Source of the DNA: Sphyrna mokarran
Taxonomy: Eukaryota
Length of the DNA: 64,000 nucleotides
Direction: 5' to 3'
NCBI GenBank assembly: GCA_024679065.1
Contig: JAGIQG010000006.1
Span: 68,882,001 to 68,946,000 of the forward strand
Shown here piece after piece: positions 51,740 to 64,000 of this stretch. Position 1 is the first letter of the stretch. Each line of letters starts with the position of its first letter. Below the pieces are notes generated by a model. That model ran no database searches. It was not told the DNA's origin and saw only the letters and a program-made list of their open reading frames with translations. Both the position numbers and the translations under genes were made by a program.

Positions 51740-52143
51740 GGGCAATGCGGGTGTAGAGATATTATCAATGGATTAGTAATCCAGAGGCCCAGGCTATTGC
51801 TCTGGGGACATGGGTTCAAATCCCACCACAGCAGCTGGTGGAATGTAAGTTCAATTAATTAATAAATCTGGAATTGAAAACTAATCTTAGGAAATGGCAA
51901 TCATGAAACAATCACCATGGCAACCATGAAACTATTGTTGTGAAAACCCATCTGATGTCCTGTGGGGAAGGAAATCTGCCATCTTTACCTGAACTAGTTT
52001 ACAAGTGATTCCAGACTACAGCAATATGATTGGCTCTTAACTGAAGTGGCCTAACAAGCCATTCAGTTAAAGACAACTGGGGACAGGCAACAAATGCTGG
52101 TCTTGCCAATGATATTCAGATCTCATGAAAGAATAAAAAAAAA
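51740..52143 (+). mobile_element. Full-length tRNA-derived SINE whose 3' tail matches the LINE at 45532/59725
   Basis: B-box-like GGGTTCAAATCCC, body GGAAGGAAATCTGCCATCTTTACC, tail GGCAACAAATGCTGGTCTTGCC..ATGAAAGAATAAAAAAAAAA. Confidence 0.85.
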
Positions 52144-53826
52144 ACATTTACTGCTTTGAGACCATTAAACTAAAAAAAAATCCTTATTTTCAACATCTGG
52201 TTTGTTTGTAAAATGATGGAATGGAATAAGTTTGGCACCTTTTTCCTCTTTTGGAAGGAACACATATTTAGTTTTTCCTGTAGAATTATTACATCCCTTC
52301 TTCTTAGCTATCTCGTATTTTAGAATTCTTCTTCATTATATGATTTGCACTGGGTTCCCTGGTGCTAAGGCACAGCACTGCGATTGTTTAAAATTTGCTT
52401 AATAAATAATGGTGAATTGAAGCTGAAATTTAAGCAACCCAGGGTTTTAAATAAATGCTACTAGATTAAAAAGCCATTAGCACTATTAATTATGTTATTT
52501 GGAGATGAAGGTTTTGATCTGTCACTGTGGTAGAATGATGTCTATTTTGGAGCCAGAAGACAATTTTTCAAATATCCTTTGAAGCTGATATTATACACCA
52601 CGGCCAGCGTCAGTCATGGAAGCATGAATGGCTGACAAGCAAACATCTGTTCAGGAGCTGGTCAAAAGAGAAACAGCAGATTGGGAAATTAAAAAAAAAC
52701 ACTTCAACCAGTACCACACCAATAACAGCATTGCTGACAAATTGAAGCAAGAAACATAACTAAAAGGAAGGTTTTTTTTTAACCACACACAAAAGGAAAT
52801 TATTTTATGATGCACAAAAGTAAGAAAAATTTGGAGTCACAATAAGGGAGTCACATATCAACAGTTGGACCATTGTGTCTGTAGGATCTTAGGAAAAGCT
52901 ATCCAATTTATCGCACCTCTCCCACCTTCACCTATTTCCCCATATATTTCTTTTCCTTTTCATGTGTATATCCAACTTCCATTCCAAACTTATAATCACA
53001 CAATGGTAGTGAACACACAAATTATGAGGTTCAGTAGGCTATTCAGCTACTTGCATCTGTTCCATCATAGCTGATTTGATTCTGGCTTCTACTTTTCCGT
53101 TCATCCTTAGATTGTTGATTAACAGGGGAAGCAATCCAACAGCCTGAACAATAAGCAATGACTCAGCTTCCATTGCTCACTACTAGGAGAATTCCTCAGG
53201 CTAATGACCCTCAAGAAAAATTGTCTTTTCCTCCATCTTCAGCGGGAGATTCCTTAGTTTTAACTTGTGAGTCCTAGTTGTAGTCTCTCCCACAAGGGAA
53301 AATCATCTTTTCAACATCCACCCTTAGAACCTAATGTTTCAGTAAGGTCACCTCACATTCTTCTAAACCCCAATGGGTACAGGCCCAATCTGTCCAACTT
53401 TTCCTCATAATACAAACCTTCATTGCAGGAATCAATCCAGCGAACCTCCTCTGAGCTGCTACCAGTGCAATTATAACTTTCCTAAAAAGGAGACCAAAAC
53501 TGTATACAGTAAAAGATGTGGTGTCTTCAATACCATGGACAACTGCAGCAAAATCTTCCTATTTTTATATTCCAATCTCCTTGCATTTTCAAATACCTCC
53601 CTGTATTAAACTAAACTTCATGTTTAAACTTTTTTTTAAATGTGCCCTGCATCAGTTGATGAACTCTGTAGAATGTTTTTTGAAAGTGTTTTCCACTTTA
53701 AATTACAGTAGGAATTGTGCTGAAAACTTTGTTTTTCAAATTTCTTTGCTGGTATAGCATGTAGCTGAGGAACTGCTGTGGACTTAAACACTAACATTCC
53801 ACTTGCCTTTCTAATCATTTGCTGTA

Positions 53827-54540
53827 CAGCCAGTCCTCACTTAAAGTAGTGATTGTTTTCCTGAAAATCACCATTTTAAGTGAAGCCCCTTTAAGTGAAA
53901 CATGGTTTCCTGTAGAAATCAATGATAAGCCAGAGATAGGTTCCTGAAGATATTTTTTTGCCTGGAAAAATCAACATAAAAATTGGAGTATTATACCACA
54001 CAGTCTGAAATGCTGTACTGTACAGTAAGTGACTTTAAAATTGCTGCTTGCCTGCAGGCTTCATACTAGCAGAGACCTTTTTAAAGCACCAAGCTTACAA
54101 CAGGTTTTTCAAACACTGTAAAGTACAGTACAAGGCAGCACTATTGTATCACAAAAAAACTTTAAAAACAGAATCCACAGCACTTCCTTAGCTACGTACT
54201 GTACCAAAGAAACATGAAAAAAAATACAGTACAATCCTACTGTAATTTACACTGGAAAATTCTTTCAAAAAACATATTCTACAGAATTCCTCAACTAGTA
54301 CAGGGCACTATACTAGTTGAAAAAAAGATTTAAATATGAAGTTTACTTTAGTAGTTGAAAATGCAGCAAAAATCTAATGCTCCTTGAATGTACAGAAAAG
54401 ACAAAATGGCTTGATCACAAGTTCGATTCAGGATGTGATAACATCACACTGCTCGCACACTTTAAATGCATTTTAAGTGGAACCCAGACATTAAAAAAAA
54501 GCCTTTTAAAATGAAACCACTTTAAAATGGGGATTTACTG
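53827..54540. mobile_element. Tigger/pogo-like non-autonomous DNA transposon
   Basis: TA|CAGCCAGTCCTCACTTAAAGT at left; ACTTTAAAATGGGGATTTACTG at right (reverse complement CAGTAAATCCCCATTTTAAAGT); repeated TTTAAGTGAA subterminal motifs; host CR1 resumes afterwards. Confidence 0.65.
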
Positions 54541-54729
54541 TCCTGGCAAGCCATACTAACTTTTAGTGATTTATATACCAGGAAATCTAGATCTCAGCTC
54601 TGCAATCTCTGTCTCCATTAAATAAAATGCTTCTTTGCTATTCTTCCTGCCAAACTGGCTAATTTCACATTTTTTCATTTATCCTCCAATTGCTAATTTT
54701 GTGCCTGTTCATTTAATACTTTGCAAAAT

Positions 54730-54942
54730 TCTTGACCAGGATTGTCTAGTGCCTCTCCCTTGGGTGGTTTCCCATGGCAGAGGCACTTACCCATTGGCTG
54801 CTGGTGGGATTTTCGGGGTCCTGCCAAAATCAATGGCAATTTGCATGGCTCATGCATCCTGCCACCAAAGAACCCATGGTGAGAGTCAACTTCGGTGGGA
54901 CAGAACGATCTCCCTGGTGGAAAGGGCTGGAAACTCCTGCCC
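54730..54942. mobile_element. MITE-like TIR element
   Basis: Ends GACCAGGATTGTCTAG / CTGGAAACTCCTGCCC; internal homology to 11290-11447. Confidence 0.55.
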
Positions 54943-55049
54943 TGTAGGTGCTTTTCACAACTCACTCTTTTATTTTATGTCATCAACAAATTTTGCAATC
55001 ACATATTTGATCTCTTCATCCAAGTTATTTATATACACTATGATTTTGC

Positions 55050-55497
55050 ACCCATGGAATGAAGGGTTGTCATATGAGGAGTCTGAGTTCGTACTCGATG
55101 GACTGTAGAAGGATGAGGGGAGATCTAATTGAAACTTACAGAATATTGAGAGGCCGAGATAGAGTGGACGTGGAGAGGATGTTTCCACTCGTGGAAGAGA
55201 CTAGAATTCAAGGGCACAACCTCAGAGGGAAGAGACGCTCCTTTAAAACTGAAATGAAGAAGAATTTCTTCAGCCAGAAGGTGGCAAATTTGTGGAACTT
55301 ATTGCCACAGAGGGCTGTGGAGGCCAGGTCATTGAGTGTCTTTAAGACAGAGATAGATAGGTTCTTGATCAATAAAGGGATCAAGGGTTATGTGGAGAAG
55401 GCAGGAGAATGGAGATGAGAAACATATCAGCCATGATTGAATGACAGGATGGGCCAAGTGGCCTAATTCTGCTCTTATATCCTATGGCCTTATGGTT
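55050..55497 (+). mobile_element. CR1-type LINE 3' end, relatively well preserved
   Basis: ORF 55059-55418 RRMRGDLIETYRILRGRDRVDVERMFPLVEETRIQGHNLR..KNFFSQKVANLWNLLPQRAVEA. Confidence 0.93.
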
Positions 55498-56072
55498 TGC
55501 TGTGAGATCAAATGGCGAATACTCAGAAATCAAGAAACTCAATGAAATCTCATTTTTTGATTTTTCCATCCCCTCACTGTTGACGTCATTTCAATAAGTT
55601 AATCATTAATAATTATGGGCTTCCCCACAATCTGTTCCCCCCACAATTTCCCTCCCCTCACCTGTTGCCACTTGCCAGTGTAACATCAGAGCAGTGAGGT
55701 TTATTACTGCTTTTGAAAAATCTGAACCCAGGTGAAGGGAATCTGTGAGGGTGCATGAGTATCGCCGTCGGTGGCGGGGGGGGGCAAGTGCGCAGTATAG
55801 GGGAGGACATTTTGGTCAATACCCTGGCATGGTCCCCTGGCATGAGGAGCTCCATTGAGAGGGGAATTCCTCTCATGTGCGAGGGCTTCCCCTTATTTGT
55901 GGCAATCCAAGTACACCTAGAGGTTTCCCATTATGTTACTTGCTATTTCCTCAAAGAACTCAAATAATTTAGTCAAACACTATGGGGCGATGCTCCCAGA
56001 AGCAGGAGACTCGAGCAGAGGCTGTTTCACGGGCTTCCTAGCCACGGCCTCGGTGCGTCTCCAGCAGCTGGA

Positions 56073-56213
56073 TTTAAGTTTAAGTTTATTTATTAGTCAC
56101 AAGTAAGACTTACACTGCAATGAAGTTACTGTGAAATTTCCCTAGTCGCCATGCTCTGGCATCTGTTTGGGTCAATGCACCTAACCAGCATGTCTTTCAG
56201 ACTGTGGGAGGAA
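56073..56213 (-). mobile_element. 3' part of HE1/V-SINE, tail variant B
   Basis: TTTATTAGTCACAAGTAAGACTTACACTGCAATGAAGTTACTGTGAAATTTCCCTAGTCGCC..AGACTGTGGGAGGAAA. Confidence 0.85.
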
Positions 56214-56789
56214 ATCAGAAATCAATTGAAATCAATTGTCCATCCATAATTGCACTTGAACTGAGTGGTTTGTTTGGCAATTTCAGATATGTACTATTTC
56301 ATCAGGTTTCTGGAATACTCTTGTTAAACATAGCTCATTCTAAGAACTCATTGAATTTGTCTGATATTTCATTGAAGCCTTTTCTCTTGTTATTACATCA
56401 TCAGTAATTTCTCTAATAGAGCGCAATAATATATTGACTTGTTTAGCTTCTGACAATGTTTAATTGAGATGCAATCTTGAATCTTAGAAGTCTCTTTGTC
56501 CATAATACCTAATTCTGTGTCTGATCTGCATCTGGCCCTTCCATCTGCCCAAATCAGCCTGACAAGATCAATTTAGAATCCACGGGTGTTTTAAAGGTCT
56601 TAGGAAGTTTGCCTGGATCTTTTAAACTTCTGTTGCAATAGTAGAAGTTTCCTCACACTGATCAGAATTTTCACTGATGTTCACTGGAGTCACTGATCCT
56701 CTTTGATGGTCATTCCTAACTGCGCAGAATTTTGAAATTAATTGTTGGAAATAATTAGTGAAATGAGGGAACTGTTCTCTTCCCATTGA

Positions 56790-56860
56790 GGCGGGGTGGC
56801 GGCACGGGCTCGTTGGGCCGAAGGGCCTGTTTCCCGTGCTGTTTTGTTCTTTGTTCTTTG
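56790..56860 (+). mobile_element. Very short CpG-rich CR1-type tail
   Basis: GGCACGGGCTCGTTGGGCCGAAGGGCCTGTTTCCCGTGCTG..(TTGTTCT)n. Confidence 0.75.
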
Positions 56861-57702
56861 GATCATCTTTTTCATTTGCTGCAGTGATTCGTAAGAATCA
56901 ACCTCAGACCCTGGCTATGAACCGTATCCAGACTTGCTGAGATATCATTGAAATATATTTTTTCAGTTTTGCCAGCTTGCTGTACTGTTAATTTGCAGAT
57001 TGTAAACCTTTTTCGAGATGTACTCACCTTTCCTCAATTGTTGCTGGGTTTAACTCAGCTGCTGAATTGAAATTTTTCACAGACTGCTGCTACCACTTGC
57101 CATAGTTTGGCTCTGAGGTGAACTGTTCATTTCATCTCTGCTTGTCAGTCTGCACCTCTTCTGTGGAGCTCTTTGGGCAAATTTGAATTGTATTCCAAAG
57201 TCTTCAGGTCTGTAAGTCCGACTTAATGGTTTTACAATTGATTTTTAAAGATATTAGGACCCTTCAGCTGCTGCTGCTATGTTGTATGTTGGTTGCTGAC
57301 AAAGGAATGGCTGATGAGACACAAGCCAGAATTTTAAATCCATCCCAATGCAGATTCTGAGGGGGAGGCATCTAGTGGAACATAAAGATGCATGGATGGG
57401 ATTCCCTCCTGCTTTCTACCTGCTCCAATCTGATTGCAATTTCATGTTGGAGTAGGCAGAGCCTTGGATGGGAAACAAGTCTTTAAGTTAAGGCTTTTAA
57501 ATGGCCACTTAACAGCCACATTACACCTGTTCCTGCCCAGCCTCAATTTCTATGCTGATTGATTTGGGGACGGGCGGGGGGCAGGAAATAAGGACTGGTG
57601 ACCTTCTAGACTTCTCTCCTCTTGCAATCTCCCCAGACATTCCCTACACTTAATCTCCCCAGACATTCTCTGCTCTCAGTCACCTGCCACTTACTGGTCC
57701 TA

Positions 57703-58065
57703 TTTTTTATTCACTCATGGGACGCGGGCATCACTGGCTGGCCAACGTTTATTGCCCATTCCAAGTTGCCCTCAAAGGGTAATTGAGAGCCAACCTCATT
57801 ACTGTGGCTCTGGAGTCACATGTAGGCCACATCAGGTAAGAACAGCAGATTTCCTTCCCTAAAGAGCATTGGTGAACCAGATGTGTTTTTCCGACAATCA
57901 ACGATGGTCTCATAGTCATCAGTAGATTCTTAATTCCAGATGTTTTTTATGGAATTCAGATTCCCCCATCTGCCATGGTAGGATTTGAACCCAAGTCCTC
58001 AGAAGATTAGCTAAGTTTCTGGATTAATCGTCTAACGATAATACCACTAGGTCATTTGCCTCCCT
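57703..58065 (-). mobile_element. tRNA-derived SINE, same family as 51740
   Basis: TTTATTGCCCATTCC..TGGAGTCACATGTAGGCC..CAGATTTCCTTCCCTAAAG..GGATTTGAACCC. Confidence 0.88.
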
Positions 58066-59724
58066 TAAATCCTCTGAGTCCCGTGATTTAGTTCTACACA
58101 ATTCCTGCCGTCCCTCTTCTAGCCAGTGCAGCACTCTGTTTGGAGAGATTGGAGAGATACCTGTCAATCTGGTCTGAAAATGAGAAGTAAACCTGCAGAC
58201 AAGTATAAAGTATGTTCCTCTCTTTACTCACACAACAAATGTATCAGATTAATTGTTAGACATGTGGTGCTTTGCATTACTTTGGACATAACCAGGGAGA
58301 TCCAGAGAAGGACCCTGATGTTTTGGCAGCTGAGAGCCTTAATAATGTTTTGGAAAGTTGTGCCCTGGAGAGTACACTCTAGTCTCATTGAAGAGAGTTA
58401 ACACAATACAACACTTAATCAAAACCTTTCCCTTAGCCTTCTATTTTCAAGAGAAAAGAAATGCAGCCTGTTATCCTTTATGGAACACTATCTTCTGCCA
58501 CTCTGAACAACTACCTTTTAATCCTCTTCTCTGCTGTCTGCCTTGAAGGCAGTTAGCAAACCATTCTGCCACTTGGCACCTGAATCCATCTTCTATGATC
58601 TTATTTATTAGTCTATTATGGGGACCTTATTGCCAGTCATTTAAAACTTCAGGTAAGTTATTATTGCATTACCAGTGTGGTGGTGGGAAGGGTGTGTTGA
58701 TGTTGTTTATTTCCATTCATGCCTGCTTGGTTAGAGAGTTGGTCTTCTTGAATGATCTCAGCTGGACCTCCACATAAGATTGGGACCCTGGGATCACCCT
58801 AGCCAAGTCCTGCCATCATTGCTGTCAGTTTTGCAGCCTAAAAAATCCAACTGCTGGTCAGCTTCTCTGAAACAGGCCTGGTTCCTTTGAGCAGAAAATC
58901 CTTCTTCTGACAAAATGATGAAATCAGCCTGCATGTCCTTTCTAATTGACTGGGGACCTATTGGCAAGGCAGTAAGATTCCATCCTCTGTGTCTCGCTTT
59001 GACAATGCCTTAAACATCAGTCGTAGAATGTGGAGCCCAATCTTGCCCACAGTCCTTTTAATTGTATTCTTTGTATATAGGCTCATTGTTACCTTTTATA
59101 TTCTAAACCGTTCAAAATAAACTGAAGAATTCTACTAGCTTTTGTTTACAGCCTTATCAGCCTAAAGTAACTCAGATATGGACGCAATGTTAATAAGTTC
59201 TAATATGTGCTTTCTTTGTGCAATCAATAATGCTCATGCCACTTCAAGTAGCCACTAATTAGCACAGGAACACAAAAAGGATTTCAATTCCTCTGGGACC
59301 ACATTTTTCTAATGTATTTGTAGTAAATTCCTCAGGGTGTGACTTTAATGGAGTTATTAACCCACTTGTTTTAAATTAGTTAATTTCTATGTTAAAATGA
59401 TGCAAAAAAGAACTTCCAGCAAAATACTTAAGTGATACATAGAGAAAATTAAGCCCCCAACTTGGAGTTCTGCCCCAATCTTTAATCAGCTTGAAACCAT
59501 TCACTGCCTACAATCTTCAATAGATTTGTTGTTTGCGATGCCATTTGTGAAACATTTCTAATCAAATGAAAAGTTCTCTGTTAGTATAAAACTATTTACA
59601 AATATATTGGTCTTATAGCACATTTTTCTCTTTGCAAGTGTAATTGGCCTTGACATAACAAGTCTTCTCACTGGAAATTAGGTGTACCTTCAATAGAGAA
59701 TCACAGCAATCTGCTGGATAGGTG

Positions 59725-60128
59725 CTCCACTCATAAATGTTCACACCCTCTACCATTGATGCACAGTCTGTCCATTCAGAAGTTGCAGGGCAGAAATTCA
59801 CCAACACTCCTCAGATAATACGTTTCAACACGTGACCGCTGCCATCTCAAAACAAAAGAGCCATAGGCACATGGGAATACCGCCACATGGAAGTTCCCCT
59901 CCAAACCACTCACCACCCTGACTTGGAAATATACCACCGTTCTTTCACTACCACTGAGGCCAAAATCTTGGAATTTCCTCCCTAACAGCACTTTGGGTGT
60001 ACCTATACCATAGACTGCAGCAGTTCAAGTGAGTAATTCACCACCACCTTCTCAAGAATAATTTGGGATAGGTAATAAGTACTAGCCTCGCCAGCAATAC
60101 GTCATATCCCATGAATGCATCTGAAAAA
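59725..60128 (+). mobile_element. LINE 3' end, same family as 45532
   Basis: CATGGGAATACCGCCACATGGAAGTTCCCCTCCAAACCACTCACCACCCTGACTTGGAAATATA..CACCACCACCTTCTCAAG. Confidence 0.85.
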
Positions 60129-61597
60129 GAGTCACATCATTCCATGATTCAGAAAATGGTAGCATTCTTGAGAGTGGCTTCCTGTCAATATATTGGTTAT
60201 GATTGAATATTGCTGTCACTTAATACTGGTAATTTAATGAAGCATGCCATATGCTTCCTAAGTATTAACTAATCTGCATTTTCCCCAAGCGTCTTGCATT
60301 CTGACTTTTAAAGCTCAGAACAAAAGTAGATTCTGATTTGAACTCACTGTAAATTAAGGAAACGTGTACAGTTCCATAATTTATATATTGGCTCATAATT
60401 TCCTGGTCCCCCAATGTTGCATTTGGGGATACATCAATGATGTATTGGGGAATTGCTCCAGGAATTTCCCAAATGAGGGTTTGCCTAGCAATTATTCAAA
60501 AGGACTAACTTCCTCTGGACAATTTCATTTCGCTTGGAACCATCTGACAAAATAATTTACCTCACTAACGTTGAATGGTTCTACCAGTTTTACCCTGAGA
60601 GTTACTCTGAAATATTAGAAGGAAAGAAAAAAAGGACTTGTAATGTAAGAACAACAATTGTCAAAACCCAGACCGAGCCTGCACAGAACACCCACACACC
60701 AGTCCCACCCAAACAAGCACAACCTAGCCTGATTTGACCTGACATTGGACACCCCCATTGCTTCCTGCATCAAGCCTGAACTCCCACTCCTCACCTTCTG
60801 GAACAGCTCTAGTACACTCCCTTCCATTTCCAAATCCAGCACTCCACCTCCTTGTCTGACCTCCAGTCCCAGTCCAATCCCCTCTCCCTGGAATATTTCA
60901 GCTAAAATTTACACTCCTGACCTGGCCAGTTTCATTGCTGGGTTGTTGTGGTACACCTTTAAGTTGGTGTGGCTATGACCTATATACATCACCAAAGAGA
61001 AAATAATATAAAGTACCAAATGATAAGAAGTCTGCACTTTGTTATCGAAGTAAGATATGCTGTCAAGAGATCTCCAAGGTTTAGACTTAGTCTTCATGAA
61101 TAAAGAATTCAGATTTGTTTTTCACCAATCCCATTTAAGTGGTTGTTATATTTGTGTGCTGCAATAATAAATAGAAATGCATATGTTCATAGCTTTCAAG
61201 CTAAATTCCTCAGGGGACAGAGTGGCAGACATGGGCACAAATGCTACTGAAGACACCAAAAGAAAACACGTGCGAACAATTATTAATTGTGTTGATTGTA
61301 CAAGTTGTTATTCAAATGATCATGCATACAATTGCCAGCTGCCATAATGTCTTCATTCAGAACTACTTTAGAACTATTAAGAATTACCTGATACTTGCTA
61401 ATTGGGTCAACCATGTTCAAAGATGGCTCTTCAGAATTAATCAACATGGCAAGTTTCTGCTGATTACTTTCATTAACAGGCCTTTGAGGAAACACTTAAA
61501 TATTTTTAGGCACACAGATACTAATAGACACTTTTTAAAAACTATTAAATCTTAATTTTTAAATTTACTCATTCCAACAATTGTATACTAGTATAAC

Positions 61598-61942
61598 TAG
61601 AAACATAAAAACCCTATACTACAGAAAGAGGCCATTAGACCCATTCAGCCTGCATCAATCACAATCCCACCGAGGCGCTACCCCCAAATCCCTATATATT
61701 TATCCTCTAATCCCTCTAACCTGTGCATCTCAAGATACTAAGGGGCAATTTTAGCATGACCAATCAACCTAACCCACGCATCTTTGAATTGTGGGAGGAA
61801 ACCGGAGCACCCAGAGGGAACCCACACAGAAATGGAGAGAATGTGCAAACTCCACACAGACAATGACCCAAGCCAGGAATCAAACCCAGTTCTTTGGAGC
61901 TATGAAGCAGCAGTGCTAACCACTGTGCTACTATGTTGCCCA
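61598..61942 (-). mobile_element. HE1/V-SINE-type SINE, variant A
   Basis: GTGGGAGGAAACCGGAGCACCCAGAGG..GAGAATGTGCAAACTCCACACAGAC..GCAGTGCTAACCACTGTG. Confidence 0.9.
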
Positions 61943-62374
61943 CACATTTTGTATAATTCTGTATGGTTTTGTAAATGTAAGTTTCCAGGTCAAATAATAC
62001 AAGCCACTAGAATCACACTTGATCTACTAAAATAGAAGTTAAAACAGGATTTCTGCAATTCAGAAACAGAATTCGACTTCAACGATTCCAAGGAATGGTG
62101 GATCATATAGACAAGTTCCTATAAAATTTAGCACAGGTCAATAAGGCCTTGAGACAATTTTTGAGACAGAGTCAACAGTGATGATGAAACATGGAGCACC
62201 ATCATGCTTTTTAAAAGATTAAACAACTTTTATTTTTTTTCCCTGAAATTTTAGTAAGTCTGAGTGGTAATGTACCAACTATAGTTTTGGTATATGCATC
62301 TTCTACAAGTTTGAGGGAAGTACTACTTTAAGTACAAAAGAAAAGCCTAAATCAATCTATTATGCCTCTGGTCG

Positions 62375-63630
62375 CAAACAGAAAGGGAACGACAATACGT
62401 CAAATTGGAAAATTGATAAAAGTAAGTTAGAAGATGAGTTTGTCGAATGGTTTTGTTACAATTTCTTGGAAAAATACATTGTGGAACCAACTAAGGTTAA
62501 AGCGATCTTTGCCAATTTTTGTGTAGTGAAGAAGGGTTAATTAGTAATGTTCCACCTAAAGGTCCTTTCAGAAATAATAATCGTAATAGCTTTGAATTTC
62601 ATGTTACATTTGAAAGTAACATTCCAATTGCAAACAAGAGTCTTAAATTAAACAAATCCAATTACATGGATATCAAGGAAGAAGTAGCTATGGTTAATTT
62701 GGTAATAAACTAAAAGTTATGGAGATAAGTGAACAGGGGGAAACATTTAAATAAATAATTCAAAATTTGCAACAATGCAGAAAAGCAAAAACTCAATAAG
62801 AAAAACCCATCCACTCCCTAATAAGGAAGTTAAGATAGTGTTAGACTAAAAGATAAGGGTTACAATGCACTTTAAAATCATAGTATGATTTAAACAAGTC
62901 AATGATAGGGAAATCCTGTTCAGCATGTTTATTAGCGTTTTTAAGGATGTAACTAATGGGTTAAAGGGGCATCTGTAGGTGTAGTCAACCTGTGTTTCTA
63001 AAAGGCACTTGACAAATAGACGGGTGCTCATGGGAGTAGTATTTTAACATGAATAGAGGATTAATTAATGGTGGAAAGAACAGAGTGGAAATAGATGGGA
63101 GCATTTTCAAGTTGCAGAAAATGAATCGTGGTGCATTTCAATGATCAGTGCTGGGACCTGAGCTATTTACAATATATATTAATGAATTGGATGAAGAGGT
63201 AGGACAACGTAACTGTTAGGATGCTAGATCAGAAACCCCATGTACATTCTGAAATCAGACTAGGTTAGAGGCAGCACATGGGAAACGGAAGAGACTGTAG
63301 TGAGACATAAACAGGTTAGCGTGTGGGCAACAAGATGGTAAATGGAATATAATCCAGGGAAGTAAAAAGTTATTCATTTTGCTTGTAAGATTAGAGAAAC
63401 ATAATAAAAATGTAGGAAATTCTGATATTCAGAAGCTTGAGCATGCTCGTACAACCCTAAGGAATGTGGATACTGCAAAATTAAATATTTAACACATTTT
63501 CAGAGAATTGAGGAATATGGGCAATGGTCAGGGTAATGAATTGAAGCCCAAGATCAACCATGATTATAGTGAATGGTAGAAAGGCTTGATAGGGTGTGTT
63601 GTCTACATTTGCTCCTGTTTCACATGTTAT
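62375..63630 (+). mobile_element. Heavily deleted CR1-type LINE ORF2 remnant
   Basis: FLEKYIVEPT (endonuclease-proximal), SVLGPELFTIYINELDEE (RT), MEYNPGK, tail ATCAACCATGATTATAGTGAATGG. Confidence 0.75.
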
Positions 63631-64000
63631 TGTATTGTAGATTGCTCCCTGTCCATTTCTATAGCTTATCGAAACCTTCTGACACTATGATCATGATCTC
63701 CTAAACTGACATTTGATCCATTTGACCCACCACAAATTCCACTCCCAGAACCAGATCCAGCAAAGTCTCTTTTTTTGTCACGAATAATCCAGAGAATTCT
63801 CCTCAATGCACTTCAGAAACTCTTCCTGGTCTCTGCTTTTTGCTTCAGCCTATATTAGGTTAATTGGAGGAATAATTAAAGGGTAACACAGTTTAAAACA
63901 AATTTCCTTCATCTTCTCAGCTGAATCCAAAGAAGTATATGGTACTTTCAGATCAACAGTTTTTTTTAAATGAGGTTTGAGCCTCAATGGCTCTGTCTGC

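Larger units (their letters stand above)
53010..55040 (-). mobile_element. Fragmented CR1-type LINE interrupted by Tigger-like and MITE insertions
   Basis: Tail TCAGTAGGCTATTCAGC.., AAGGAGACCAAAACTGTATACAGTA, MIRKASGMLVF (ORF 53636-53818), YINNLDEEIKYVIAKFVDDIK (ORF 54970-55188). Confidence 0.7.

Noticed and set aside
57626-57668. Direct repeat AATCTCCCCAGACATTC x2
   Set aside because: A simple local duplication with only two units; not an array or CRISPR.

Overview
This window is eukaryotic, AT-rich, CpG-depleted and dominated by repeats. The repeat content points to a cartilaginous fish, probably a shark (inference): HE1/V-SINE-type SINEs, Deu-domain SINEs and CR1-type LINE tails. No intact protein-coding gene is supported; the long ORFs in the track are mostly transposon relics or chance frames. 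Recognisable contents are many SINEs and CR1/L2/RTE LINE fragments, a decayed Gypsy LTR retrotransposon (about 8.05-12.6 kb, minus strand) carrying nested insertions, PIF/Harbinger transposase relics with related short TIR elements, and a Tigger-like element. Several Penelope-like pieces carry minimal hammerhead-ribozyme motifs, including a 116-bp inverted repeat at 10951-11290 and a TSD-flanked stub at 15770-15902. A few isolated exon candidates (40698-40735 with 41797-41936; 13986-14007; 571-580) suggest the window may be intronic, but I cannot identify a host gene. I found no convincing novel biological system. Family assignments come from motif recognition only, with no database search, and repeat boundaries are approximate.
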